DNA of 64,000 nucleotides from Convolutriloba macropyga (GCF_964194025.1 NC_134473.1:51894001-51958000), one strand, 5' to 3'; shown: positions 26,319 through 38,162, counted from the first letter of the stretch. The notes: generated by a model from the sequence alone, not told the origin. Program-made: numbers and translations.

Positions 26319-26332
26319 ACCCAGGAGCGCCA
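26319..26332 (-). promoter_or_regulatory. Primer-binding site
   Basis: - strand TGGCGCTCCTGGGT, 3 nt after the 5' LTR. Complementary to a tRNA 3' end (...ACCCAGGAGCGCCA). Resembles animal tRNA-Asn ends from memory; identity not verified. Confidence 0.7.
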
Positions 26333-26335
26333 AAA

Positions 26336-26592
26336 TGATAACGCCATGATTCCGCTGGTCCGCATTGGGAAGGGTGATAGGTCGTTATCTGTCTTGAGTC
26401 TTAGCTTTAAGTTTCAATTAGTTTGGTTGCTCATGTTTTGTTTCAGGTTACACAATTCAAGCAAGAGTATCATTTCCGGTTTTACAACATTTCATCATCA
26501 TGACTTTTTTCGTTACAACTTTTCGAAACAAATCAACTTACAAAAGGCGGTAAAACACAATAAACGTAAGAAGTTAATCTCTAGCATTAACA
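26336..26592 (-). repeat. 5' LTR
   Basis: 257 bp, TG...CA termini, adjacent to the PBS. Confidence 0.95.
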
Positions 26593-27600
26593 GGGTTAAT
26601 GAATCATTTTTTGCGCTAAATTAACACGAGTAAACAACAGATTAAACAAAAAACACACACAACAATAAAAGAGATCTGATATTATTTGAATTGGATTAAA
26701 GTTCAAGTATTAGAAAAAGTCAACAAGAAGTGAAAAATTTATTGAAAACAAATCGTTGAATTATACTTTAGAAGAGATAAAAAAACTGTTTAGGTAACAA
26801 CTGAAATCTTTGCAAATGATTGCCGGATACTTCTTGGGAGTTTATTTGGCCTCCATTATTTTGACGCTCACCGCAAAAGATTTTTTTAAAAGTAAGCAAA
26901 ACTCAAAAACTCAAAAGCAAAACTCAAAAAGTTCGATATAAAATTTTACGATAAAACATTGTGAAAACCAAAATCCCAGAAGCTATTTTTTTGCTATTTG
27001 GCTGGAATCAATTGTGCCAACTAAAAGTTCAATGAGGTCGATCATTGAGGACACTTAAAGGCAAGACAACAAAGGAAAAAAACACGGTAAAACTCAAAAG
27101 AACCAGTTTTTCATTTTTTTCTTTTAAAACACTGCCAAGAAATACGCGTTAATATTAATTACTTTGTCATTTTAACTACTCCTGTTACTTGATTGAAACT
27201 AAAATTTCAGTTTGGCTTTACGTTCCCATTTAAAAAAAGTCGAAAGTTGAAAAATCTTGCGCACAACATAACAGGACAAGTCTTGAAGTACAATACTAAA
27301 AATTTTGAACTTCAAAATTCTTGACGCGACCAGCAATGCAGGTCAACAGTTAGATTCAAGCAGACAAACCAATTGATTTATATTAGCGAATAGATGGACA
27401 GTACTTCAGGGAAAATGTGTACAAAACGAGCTAAAACGCATTTTGCGCCCACATATTTTACGCTAAAATATCTAGTATCATTCGAGGATGCTTAATGTTT
27501 AAATTTGGTACTCTTAGCACCAACAATAGCATCAAAGGTCCACAAGCCGTATCATAATTAATTTTGAACAAATAAATGCGTTCCCCAGAATGAAGTAAAA

Positions 27601-27648
27601 GAAGAAGAAGAAGAAGAAGAAGAAGAAGAAGAAGAAGATGAAGAAGAA
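27601..27648. repeat. (GAA)n microsatellite
   Basis: Direct reading. Confidence 0.95.
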
Positions 27649-28637
27649 CAACGAAAAAGAATAGCTGTAGGGCAATTTTCTTAGATTACTTATCGTCACT
27701 TTTGTTACCATTTGCAGCCCTTCGTTAGTTCGCTTTGTTGTCTGGATCCTGTATGTTATAAACTGGTAATCCTCAACCTGTATTAATAAACCTGGTTACG
27801 AAAGATAAAGCGCTCTGCTTAAAAAAATTTCTGTCTTTTCTCTTTTTGCGATCGTAAGCAGCAAACACGACACAAGATCATTTTGACGCCAGGTTCATCC
27901 TGGTCTAGACAAATGAACAAAAACGACGTTAGAAATTTTTGGAATTTTTGGTTTTCCCCGTAAAAAATGGTCGGTATGTTCGGTTTGTTCGGTATTTTCG
28001 GTTTCAAGTGTAAGAAGAGGTCTGCATATTCTGGTCTGGCACGTTAAAAAATTTCGATATTTCGGTTTCATAGATTCGGTATGTTCAGTTTGAAATGCAC
28101 AAAACCATTAGTTTTGCACAAAATGCACAAAACCTATAAATGGACTGCAAATGTAGATTCAGAACTGATTTTCCGAGTTGATATGGGAATTTAAGGATTC
28201 AGCGCTGATTTGTCCTGGGACTAGTGTCCGGGTAAATCATTTCTCATTTTAAACCGAAAGTCTTGACGGTTCCTTACTTTTGAAACCAAACATACCGAAT
28301 CTAAAAAATCGAAGATACCGATAATTTCCTGCATTAATTTTTCTGGACTTTCTGCGCTTTTTCTGGATTAGAGAAGCTAAAGTCCTATGGAACTCTACAA
28401 TATAATTTTCTCCCCTATAGCACACATAATGAGTCTTTGACTTATTATTACAAACCGATGTAAAAAGACCCAATGCAAAAATACCCAATTTGACAGAACA
28501 CCCAAATTATACCCAATATTTTGCCGTTCTGAAAAGACTACCAGAACGAATGTTTAGCTTAATGTCATCTAACTGAGATAATTTAGAGCATAATAAGGTA
28601 TATATGCTGATTGTTAACGTAATCGTGCACAAAACAG

Positions 28638-28779
28638 ACATAAAGTTCTAACGACTTCTCATCCGTCGCCTCAGCATGGAGCAGCCGAAAAGGGCTTTCT
28701 GGGTAGTGGTCACTTCAAACTGGCGAATGAGTTCCTCTCTCAAAATGGAGTTCGTCCAGTAAACTGGTGTAAATTTTGA
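28638..28779 (+). CDS. UNG: Uracil-DNA glycosylase paralog B, last exon
   Basis: After a CAG acceptor: (R)HKVLTTSHPSPQHGAAEKGFLGSGHFKLANEFLSQNGVRPVNWCKF*. Same length (142 nt) and phase as the last exon of copy A. No other UNG 3' exon was seen between 12626 and here. Not in the ORF track. Confidence 0.88.
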
Positions 28780-29394
28780 CGACGAAAACTTCAAAAACAG
28801 TTCACAACTTGATCAGCAAATCCCCCATCGGCAGAAGAAAATAACTCCATTTGATATGTCTGTAATGAGCTAATACCCTTTATGTAACTTTACAATTCTA
28901 GTGGGGGTGTTCAATATTACTATAAAAACATGGTCTAGCGCATAGGTGAGGTTGATGTAAATTCTTTTCGTGGGTCCTGCTAAAGGTCTTTTCATAGCAA
29001 ATTATAGTCGGACATGATCTTTTCATATGTCACGGTCGAAGTCTGAGTGTCTCTTTGCACGTTTTAAAGTTCTTATTGCACCAAAGCATCTTTCAATGAC
29101 AAATTGTGTTGTAACAAATTAATTAATATTGAATGTTAAATATTATCGGAAAGCAATTTACAGTTACTGTATAATTTAGAAAACTGTTTAGCTCTGTATA
29201 ATTTACAAATACTTAATAAATATTTACCAATTTATGTGTATCTTTAATTTGCAATCGAATTTAACATTAATAGAATAAAAATGTTAAGCATATTTTTTCT
29301 AGAAATTCCTTCCTGATGAGCAGGATTGAAAGGCTGATGAAGTCCCGTGCTGATGATCAGAACAAATCAAATAAACAGTTATTCCCAGGTTTAG

Positions 29395-29695
29395 GTCCAG
29401 ACCCAAATTGAGCTATGATCAGACTATGCAGACTGAAATGACCTCTGATCAGACTTTCCAGACCGAAGTTACCTCTGATCAGACCTTCCAGACCAAAATG
29501 TCCTCTGATCAGACCGAACCCAGACCACTGTCCAGACTATAGTGCGCTTATGATCAGACCCAAATTCAGACCATTGTCCAGACTATAAACAGACTATGAT
29601 CAGACCATGGTCCAGACTCAATTTCAGACCATTGCCCAGACCTTAATCAGACTATGATTAGACTCAAGTGCGCTCAAAATAGTCTGATCAGAGAA
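29395..29695. repeat. TCTGATCAGA-family repeat, opposite orientation to 7091-8025
   Basis: ctctgatcagacc and accattgtccagac are reverse complements of motifs at 7170-7500. Confidence 0.75.
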
Positions 29696-29859
29696 AGATT
29701 TTAACTATGAACAAATCTCTTAATTTTGCTATAATATGTTCATTTCATAAAAACTGGTGTTTGCAGTATTAAAATCATCTAAGGAAAAGCCAATTCTGAA
29801 AATGTTGCTAATGAAAACGAAACCTAACTGTTGAGAAAAAACTTTTATTTACCATACCC

Positions 29860-32800
29860 CTTCGTTAAGACACAACCTGACAGTGAACAGGAATGATCGG
29901 ACATTTACCTATCACACATGCTAACGTTTCATATTTCAACATTTCATTCAAGAAAGATAAATGACAATAAATACTCTACTGCAGCGAAAAACTTAAAAAC
30001 GCAAACCAACATTGAACTGCCGCCACAAACTGAAAAAATAGCTGTTCTTGTAGCCGAAGTCTTGAGCAAAATACGAACAATTCTAAATACCATGTCCTAT
30101 AGTGATATAATAAACATTGTCTCTAACAGCGCCTCACGCATCTTCAATGAAAAAATTGATGGTCAAAAAATACATGAGAGCATTAAGAGTGCAAATGTAA
30201 TCCCTGTTAATTCAATGCCGCCTAATAGCATAGCAAACAGCTAAAACTTTAACCAAAATGGATAAGCTGAAGATTTTGCAATGGAACTGTCGAGGTCCAA
30301 ACAACAAAATAAACTATCTCATTTTATTCTTAGCCGAAAATGACATAGACATAATTTGCGTGAATGAAGTGAAAAAATGGCAGAAAACAAGCCCTCTTCG
30401 TAATTATATTGTTGCAACAGAAACCTATACCAACAGTCATCATGGCTCTCTTATTTTAATAAAGAAGAACATCGTCATAAACCAAACAGAACCAGCTGAA
30501 AAGGAGAACGATTGCACCGGAAAAACACTGGAAATACTAAAATTATGGATCACGCTACCGTATTTTGGAGACTTTTGGATAATATCTGTTTACAATTCAC
30601 CTGGAAAACCTCTCTCACTGGAAAAATATTCTCAGAAAGTATGACAAATGTTTTTGTTTGTGATGACTTCAATTCTCCCCACCAAGAATTAAACTGCTCC
30701 TATGATTCTGAAAACGGTGAGAAACTCATGAATCTAATATACAACAGTCATTTTAAACTGCTGAACAACGGTCACCACACATATCAGTCGTTCGACGGAA
30801 AAAGTAAAAACAAGCTCGATTTACACTTTTGCGATAGTACAATTTTTACGAATTTTAGCAATTTCGAAGTCTCAGAGGATCTGGAAAGTGACCATAGAAC
30901 CACAATCACAACGTTTAACCTCAAAATAAACAACCTATTTGAATTGAAATCGGAAATTGACTTCAGCCAATTCAGAGAAAACGCTAGAAAATCGTATAGA
31001 TCATCGGACCTTTGATCTGCGCAGTATCCGGGAAAGGGTGAACTAAATGAGTTTAGCAGCAATCTGGTTGAAATGATAAACAAATCGTTGGAAGGCTGCT
31101 ATGTCAACAAAAACAAGTTTCCTTACAGTATTGAGACACAAAAATTGATAAAACTGAAAAGAAAAAAGCGAAGAGAAGCTTTTCAAACAACTCCTAAAAG
31201 ACACAATGAAAGACCACACAACAGTACCAACAGAAATTGCCGAACAGTGCGAAAAAATCGAAAAGGAAACCAAAGCATTTCTAAGTCCAAACGTCGACAC
31301 CGAGGAACTTTGTATTGTGATTACAACAAAGGAATTCGATGAAATATTGAGAGTATCAAGAAAGTCATGCCCAGGACCAGATAAAATCAGCTACAAAGTG
31401 CTCAGTGAGTTTCCATGGAGTATAAAAGCCCTAGCCTGCCTCCTCATTTCTAGTTCAATTAACAACTCGTATGTTCCAGTAAATTGGAAAGAATCACAGA
31501 TAACAATGATACCAAAGCGAGATAAAGACCGATCAAAGGCTGAAAACTATCAACCTATTAGTCTTACAAATTGCCTGGCCAAAGTTCGCGAAACTGTTGT
31601 GAAAAACATTGTCATAGAACATTGCGAAAGTCTAAATTTAATTGGCGAAACTCAGAGCGCTTACAGGAAACATCGCTGTACCACAGACAATCTTATCAAA
31701 CTCACTCAGCACGTTAGTGAAGCTTTCCAATGGTCTGAAAAGGTTGCTCTATTTTGCGTGGATGTTGAAAAAGCATTTGATGTCCTATGGTGTCTAGGGT
31801 TGATCCATAAATTAAATTCAATTGAGCTAAAGATCCCAATCATTAAGTGGATAAATTCATTCTTGTCACAAAGGAACGTTTACGTAAAGATAAAATCTAC
31901 TGTTAGCGCCAGTTTCTGCCCGACAGCCGGTGTGCCCCAAGGCAGCGTAATTGCTCCCATTCTCTTCCTTATATACGTTAGCCGATTGCCAAAAATGAAA
32001 GCACAGATTTCACACTTCGCTGACAATTTTGCCCTCTACTACAGATCTCGCTCAACACAACTAATTCAAAACAGTCTGCAATCATCACTAAATAGCCTTA
32101 TAGACTGGTGTGACCACTTGAAAATTAAAATATGTCCTAACAAAACTCAAAACAAGATTTTTAAAAACCCATCTATGAAAAAGTCTGAGCTCAATTTAAA
32201 AATAAATGAGTACCCGTCGGAAAAACACAGTCGCTAAAGTTTCTGGGTATCGCCCTCACTCCTCATCTCAGATGGAACGATCACTGCAATAGCCTAATAA
32301 AGAGAGCAAACAGCAGATTATTTCAATTGTGGAGACTTAGCAATCTAAACATCAATGAAGAGAGTCTTTTATTGGTATACAAATCTTGGATCCGGCCTCT
32401 TTTTGTACTCAAATGCCTGTCAATTCCATGCCAATCCCATGCACTCATTAATAAAATACAATGTGTCCAGAATAGAGCCTTGAGGATCTGCTCACGAAAA
32501 CCTAGATTTTACAAGGTCCAAAAATTTAATGAAGAAGCAAACATGCAAATATTTGGAGAAATTCAGATTAAACTAGCAAACGGGTATATTAGTCGGGCAA
32601 TCAAACACAACACAAAGTCTGTAGTAGAACTAATTCGCAAAAAAAGTCAGTGCCAGCTTAATAATTGCAAAAGTACTCTCGATCACCTTCAATACAAAAA
32701 AAAATGACAAACTGGTGCACTATAGCCATCCGGCGTAGATAGCAGCCCAAAACACTGATGAATGACAGAATGAGGATCGAGCCCCAGTGCATCCCCAGCT

Positions 32801-33460
32801 TAAAGGCCATAAATGATTTTCCAAGAAAGATTGGCAGCTGGACTGACATCAGTGGAAAACTTGGGAATTGAATAAATAGGAATACGAAGACAGAAACGGG
32901 AAAACAAGGAAGTGCAACTTTATATTGAAATCTCAGCGAAAAATATCACACGAATTTGATGAATAGCAAACGAAATGAGACAAATTATTAGCCAGCAGCG
33001 CAATTGTGAGGAGCAACGAACACGAAGATCTCTATACGTACAACTACCTTTCGACTCCAACTTTGTCTATTTTGTTTTTTTTGTGATTTTGTTTTTTTTT
33101 CATACATCAGTCAGAGCGTTTATTACCTACAGCCAACTCAAAACGATTAAGTATAATTGTTGAAGCCAAGCCAATTGGCTCAGCGGAGAATTACGTGTAC
33201 ACGTAACTAACAAATCGAACCGATAGCACTTCGAAGCCGAGAAGGGTCACCTTCCTATTTTTTCCCTCTCTTACTTTATATTTTGCACATAGCCGTCTTT
33301 TTATCTGATCAGAAATATTACGAGTGTATGGCCAGCCGCTTGCTTAGTCAATTCGGGGCAAGATACAACTTATTTTTTATCCACTTCACTCTTTTCATTC
33401 TATTCAGCCAGCCGCTCGCTTAGTAAAATCGGGGCTGAACAGATCACCAAAAACATCAAA
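29860..33460 (+). mobile_element. Decayed, 5'-truncated non-LTR retrotransposon (APE-RT LINE; Jockey/I-like, clade uncertain)
   Basis: ORF1 tail at 29918-30244. AP endonuclease motifs (ILQWNCRG, DIICVNE, VYNSP, DFN, LDL, SDH) at 30258-31015. RT motifs (PGPDKI, YQPISL, DVEKAFD, GVPQGS, FADN) at 31206-32237. C-terminus at 32327-32707. Several frameshifts and stops. Outer limits approximate. Confidence 0.9.
31206..32237 (+). pseudogene. LINE reverse transcriptase remnant
   Basis: RT motifs present. Catalytic (Y/F)ADD is altered to FADN, and the ORF is frameshifted at its 3' end. Confidence 0.9.
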
Positions 33461-36400
33461 ACAAAAGCTAATTAAGGCAACTATCAAATTAATTAAGCTT
33501 CCTTTCCTTTTGAAATCTTTATTTCAGTCTTTTTAACCATCTATTGCATACTCCACTGAATTAAGTTAAACAAGAGAAACACTTCATCATCTAGCTTTGT
33601 GCTGCGCGCGGTTTGGTTTCAGTGGTTTTAAGGTCCAGGTTAGCGTAGCACTTTTAGCTCATCACTTTTTACCCATATAGTTAGTCTTCAGTCAAACGAA
33701 TTAATTTTAAACCATCAATTAACCATTTTTCTCTACCTAAAGTTATTCTTATCTGAAATGAAAACCAAAGTTTATTTTACTCTAATTTTTCCGCAAAGGG
33801 AGAACCAATAGCAAAATAGCGATGAGCGTCAAAGACTCTTGACAAACAAGAATATTTTTACCGTTACGGTTCAATTCCTGCTATCGCCACATCTTCTTTT
33901 CACCTTTTCACAGCTCATGTCGCTCCCAGCTGTTTTTTATAAACTTATCTCTTAAACTTCAATATCAACAGAACGGTGCAGTGGCTAAAAGCGCGAACAA
34001 AAAAATTGGTAAATGGGGTCAACAGATTCAAATCCCTGCGCATTCATTGTTCTTTATTTGCAGATCTTTACAATTTCTACAACATGTTTCACAAGTTACA
34101 ACGAATGGCAATTGCGTTACTCCACTGATTTAAAGATTAGAACCATAACAGTGCAATTTTGTTATTAAAAAATATCTTGCTCTGTGCTACGCGCGATTTG
34201 GTTTCAGTGGTTTTATGGTAAGTCAGCGTAGCACTTTTAATCAAGCACTTCTTATTTTTCGTCAGTTTTGATTTTTTTATTCACTTTTCTTTATGTTATT
34301 AAAACAAAGTTGAATTTAACTTTTTCAGTCCTCCCTTTTCGAACAGAAAATTTTAGCATTTGTTCTCCTTAGACTGACTACTATTATATTATACGAAATA
34401 AGATCATTTGTTTCATACTACCTATCTGCTTTAATTGGTTGGAAGTTAATTCGTATTGCGATCGAAAAAGTATAAGTTGAAAATATGCGCCATCCAACAT
34501 GGAACTTAGCGCGGTCATCTAACTCGATATTAACAATGCACGCGTGGGATCGAGACTCAGGATGAGCCAATTTCATCCGTCTCAATTTTTCAGACAATTC
34601 CAAACTGAGACCAATGAAACTATGATGCGAAACACCTCCAAATATAGAAGAAAACTTAGTGCAGTGCACTAATATCGATTAAAATTCTGACATCCACACA
34701 ATGAGGTTCGAGTCCCAACAACGTCATCAAACTTTTAATATCCTGAAATTTTTTTTCGTTTTAATTATTAACAGTACTTGTTACTTACCTTGTGATAATG
34801 AAAAATGCCGATTACATCATCTCCTACGAGGCTAGCCATGTATCCGATCCATTATCTTTTTGAAATGCCAAGTTCAGCCAGTAGAAGCCCTCCATGGTGC
34901 CTGAAATGGCTGAGTGCGCCGGAGGCAGAAGAAGTCTTTAATACAACAGGAACAGAAACTCAGTTTTAACGAGAACTTTCTTCTTCAATACTTCTTTTCA
35001 AACTCAAACTCTTTCTTTTACCGAATGGTTGTACATAAATGTACTCAAATGATTTCATGATTTGAACATTTCATAAACATCACAAAACTACTCATCATTC
35101 AATCTATGATCGCAAACTGGTCAACCAAGCCCAGCCAACTGAATTAATTTTTATTTATATGCATATGAGCTAATTTTTATACCAAAGTAGACACCTCCCA
35201 CGAGCTCAAGAACAGTTGCGAAATGAATCAAGACAATGACTGCTCATGGTCAGAACTTCTTGTTAGCGATAACTTTAATTAAAATCGTTGAGAATTTAAA
35301 TTGAAAATGTTTTTGAAAAAAGGTCAGAGTGATATCTCATATTGAATGAGCATACCGATATTATCTGGAAAAAATTACCAATTTTATTGGTGTGATTGAA
35401 GCACTTCCCGCTGCACGAAAAAAAAATTACGTGTAATTTCTCACGCTGAAAATTTGAGTTATGAGATACATAGTTAATAAGACGCTTGTTCTGCGTATGG
35501 CACAGAATGTTCCCACATTCCAATTTGAAAGCATAACGCATATCAAATCATTATATCGAAAATGACATTCCAGAAACGTTTGTTTCAGCGCCAAACAACT
35601 TCATTATCCAGCTGGCATGACAAAAACTAAAAAAAAAATAGCTGAAGTTTGAAACAGAAGCAACAAGCAACATTTGAGCGTTCTAAGTATCCTTTACTCT
35701 CGAAATACTTAGTCAAACATAAATTATGATAAATAGTATAAAAAGATCTTGTTTTGTAGGAGAACACGTAACCTTTAAGTTATTAATTTTATTGAATTCT
35801 ATTTCTTTATTAACTATCAGTTTTTTGTTTTCAACTCCTTGAGAAATAAATGTTCTTTGCAACCCTAAAGTGAAAGTGATGACTTCTGATTTAAGGTTAA
35901 CTTTTTTTCAAACCCTCAACTATTCTCAGCCGGAACAATTTGGTCATAAAAATTCTTAAATGTGGCTTGAGAAACTTTGTCACGGTTTTGCAGCAATATT
36001 GTACAAATTTTGGCGAACAAGTTTTTACTGAGAAAAGTCGAATTTTGAAAACAGTTAACCTTGGATCAAAAGTTATTAAATTGACTTTGGAAATGCAAAG
36101 AATTTTTTATTTTCTCAAAGAGTCAAAAATAAAAACTGACGAAGCTCAAACAGAATTGTGACGAAATAATTAAAAAGTGACGAAATTTTTAGTTGAACTT
36201 AATTCATGATAAATAACAACAGAAGTGTTTTCCTAAAACGTTTTGTAAAAAACTCGTAACTTCTACCTTTAAATGTTTTTGCAATACACACGTTTCTGAT
36301 TGACCTTCATCAGTTTTTAATTCTAATTTTTCGAGAAATTAATTTTTCGAGAATTCTTTTGCAATTCTCAAGTTATTTTGATGACATCTGATTCAAAATT

Positions 36401-36621
36401 AACTATTTTTCAACCTCTGTACTTTTCTCGGCAATGCTATATTTGGTCAGAAACGTTGCTAAAAGTGGCTGTAGAAGTTACAATATTTTTAACAAAAATT
36501 AATGCTTTCATTTTTATCCAGATAATTGCAACAGAACCCATGAATTACTTATATAGCAGCTACCCTCCTTCACGCGAATTCCATGGAGTCCTTCTCATTC
36601 CAACTTCATGTCCTCTTAGTT

Positions 36622-36967
36622 NNNNNNNNNNNNNNNNNNNNNNNNNNNNNNNNNNNNNNNNNNNNNNNNNNNNNNNNNNNNNNNNNNNNNNNNNNNNNNN
36701 NNNNNNNNNNNNNNNNNNNNNNNNNNNNNNNNNNNNNNNNNNNNNNNNNNNNNNNNNNNNNNNNNNNNNNNNNNNNNNNNNNNNNNNNNNNNNNNNNNNN
36801 NNNNNNNNNNNNNNNNNNNNNNNNNNNNNNNNNNNNNNNNNNNNNNNNNNNNNNNNNNNNNNNNNNNNNNNNNNNNNNNNNNNNNNNNNNNNNNNNNNNN
36901 NNNNNNNNNNNNNNNNNNNNNNNNNNNNNNNNNNNNNNNNNNNNNNNNNNNNNNNNNNNNNNNNNNN
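36622..36967. other. Assembly gap (346 N)
   Basis: Run of N. Confidence 1.
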
Positions 36968-38083
36968 AAAAACCAAATCCTCAAGAAATTATTTATTTGG
37001 ATTGAACCATAAGGTACGCACATACCGAGTCAGAAAGAAGGAAAAAATAATTTGCTAAAGAGCAGTTCAGAACAATCAAATATTTTGCATTTTGTACAGA
37101 AAGACGAAACGTTCATCAAAAGTAAAATTAAATGTAAGGTTCTTTAAAGTTTAGGCAAAAACTGTTTACTGAAAAAAACCATGTAAAACTTATCAACAAA
37201 AGAGAGTCGGATTTCCAAATACGGTAACTGAGAATTATGAAAATCGTCAAATTTTTTTCGATTTTTTGGCCCTTTTTTGACAACAGTTAAAAATTGTTTC
37301 CAACCTTTTCAATGTGTTCATGCATCATCTACTAGACGTTGTTCCGGTAAAGATGAAAGAATTAAATTTCATCAAACAGTCACTAGTCCTTATTATTAAC
37401 ATGCCGTAAAAAAATTTCATCGAATAAATTTAGTTGAAAATTTTATAATCATAGTTGGACAAGTCAACAAAAGTGAAGCAAAGAAACTACAAGGAAAATG
37501 CCATTTGGATCAACTAATTGCAATCAAGACAACTGACCACTTCTGCTAACGAATAAGCACAACGGGTTACACAATTAAGAAAGAAATATTAAATTTAGTT
37601 TTCAAACAAAAAGGAAAAATCAGGTTAACACACAGATTGAGCTTAGAGTGCTACTTACGCGCCAAAGTCACTTAATTAAATGGTTATGAATGAAAAAACT
37701 ATGAGGATCTAAAGATCTGGCAAAGACTATTAAATGTGATTTTGTTCCCATAAGATCTGGCGTCTCACACATTACAACACTGGCTAAATCATTATAGCTC
37801 TAGAAAGAACAAAAAATATATTTATAAAAATGCAAAAGATTTGAGGCTGATTTATGTGTAAAATATTCAATTTATGTGTAAAATTATGTTCAAAAAATGT
37901 ACGACCTAATTAAAAAAGACTTTGTTCTCTTCATCTTGCGAGATATGTTTTTAATGTGAAAACTTTGATTTGGCAGCTTATATACGTGAAAAATTAAACA
38001 GAAAGATCTCCGAGGCATCTGAACAAGTGATAAAATTGTGCTATTCTTTCGTTTTTAAAACTCCGAAGATACATATATAGATA

Positions 38084-38094
<11 letters not shown>

Positions 38095-38158
<64 letters not shown>
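38095..38158. repeat. (AT)n microsatellite
   Basis: Direct reading. Confidence 0.97.

Positions 38159-38162
<4 letters not shown>

Larger units (their letters stand above)
17147..26592 (-). mobile_element. Full-length BEL/Pao LTR retrotransposon with frameshifted gag-pol, inside UNG-B intron 2
   Basis: 257-bp TG...CA LTRs at both ends. 5-bp TSD GGGTT (17142-17146 and 26593-26597). Domain order gag-protease-RT-RNaseH-integrase with BEL/Pao signatures (YLPHHPV, GPDLLN, YMDD, FCDAS, PHFGGVWER, LTPNHFL). Confidence 0.97.

Noticed and set aside
29311-29360. Three CTGATGA motifs suggesting a hammerhead ribozyme or C/D snoRNA
   Set aside because: I could not build stems II/III with a UH cleavage site, and the spacing is too short for a C/D snoRNA.
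36378-37058. Long ORFs spanning this region
   Set aside because: Artefacts of translating through the N gap.
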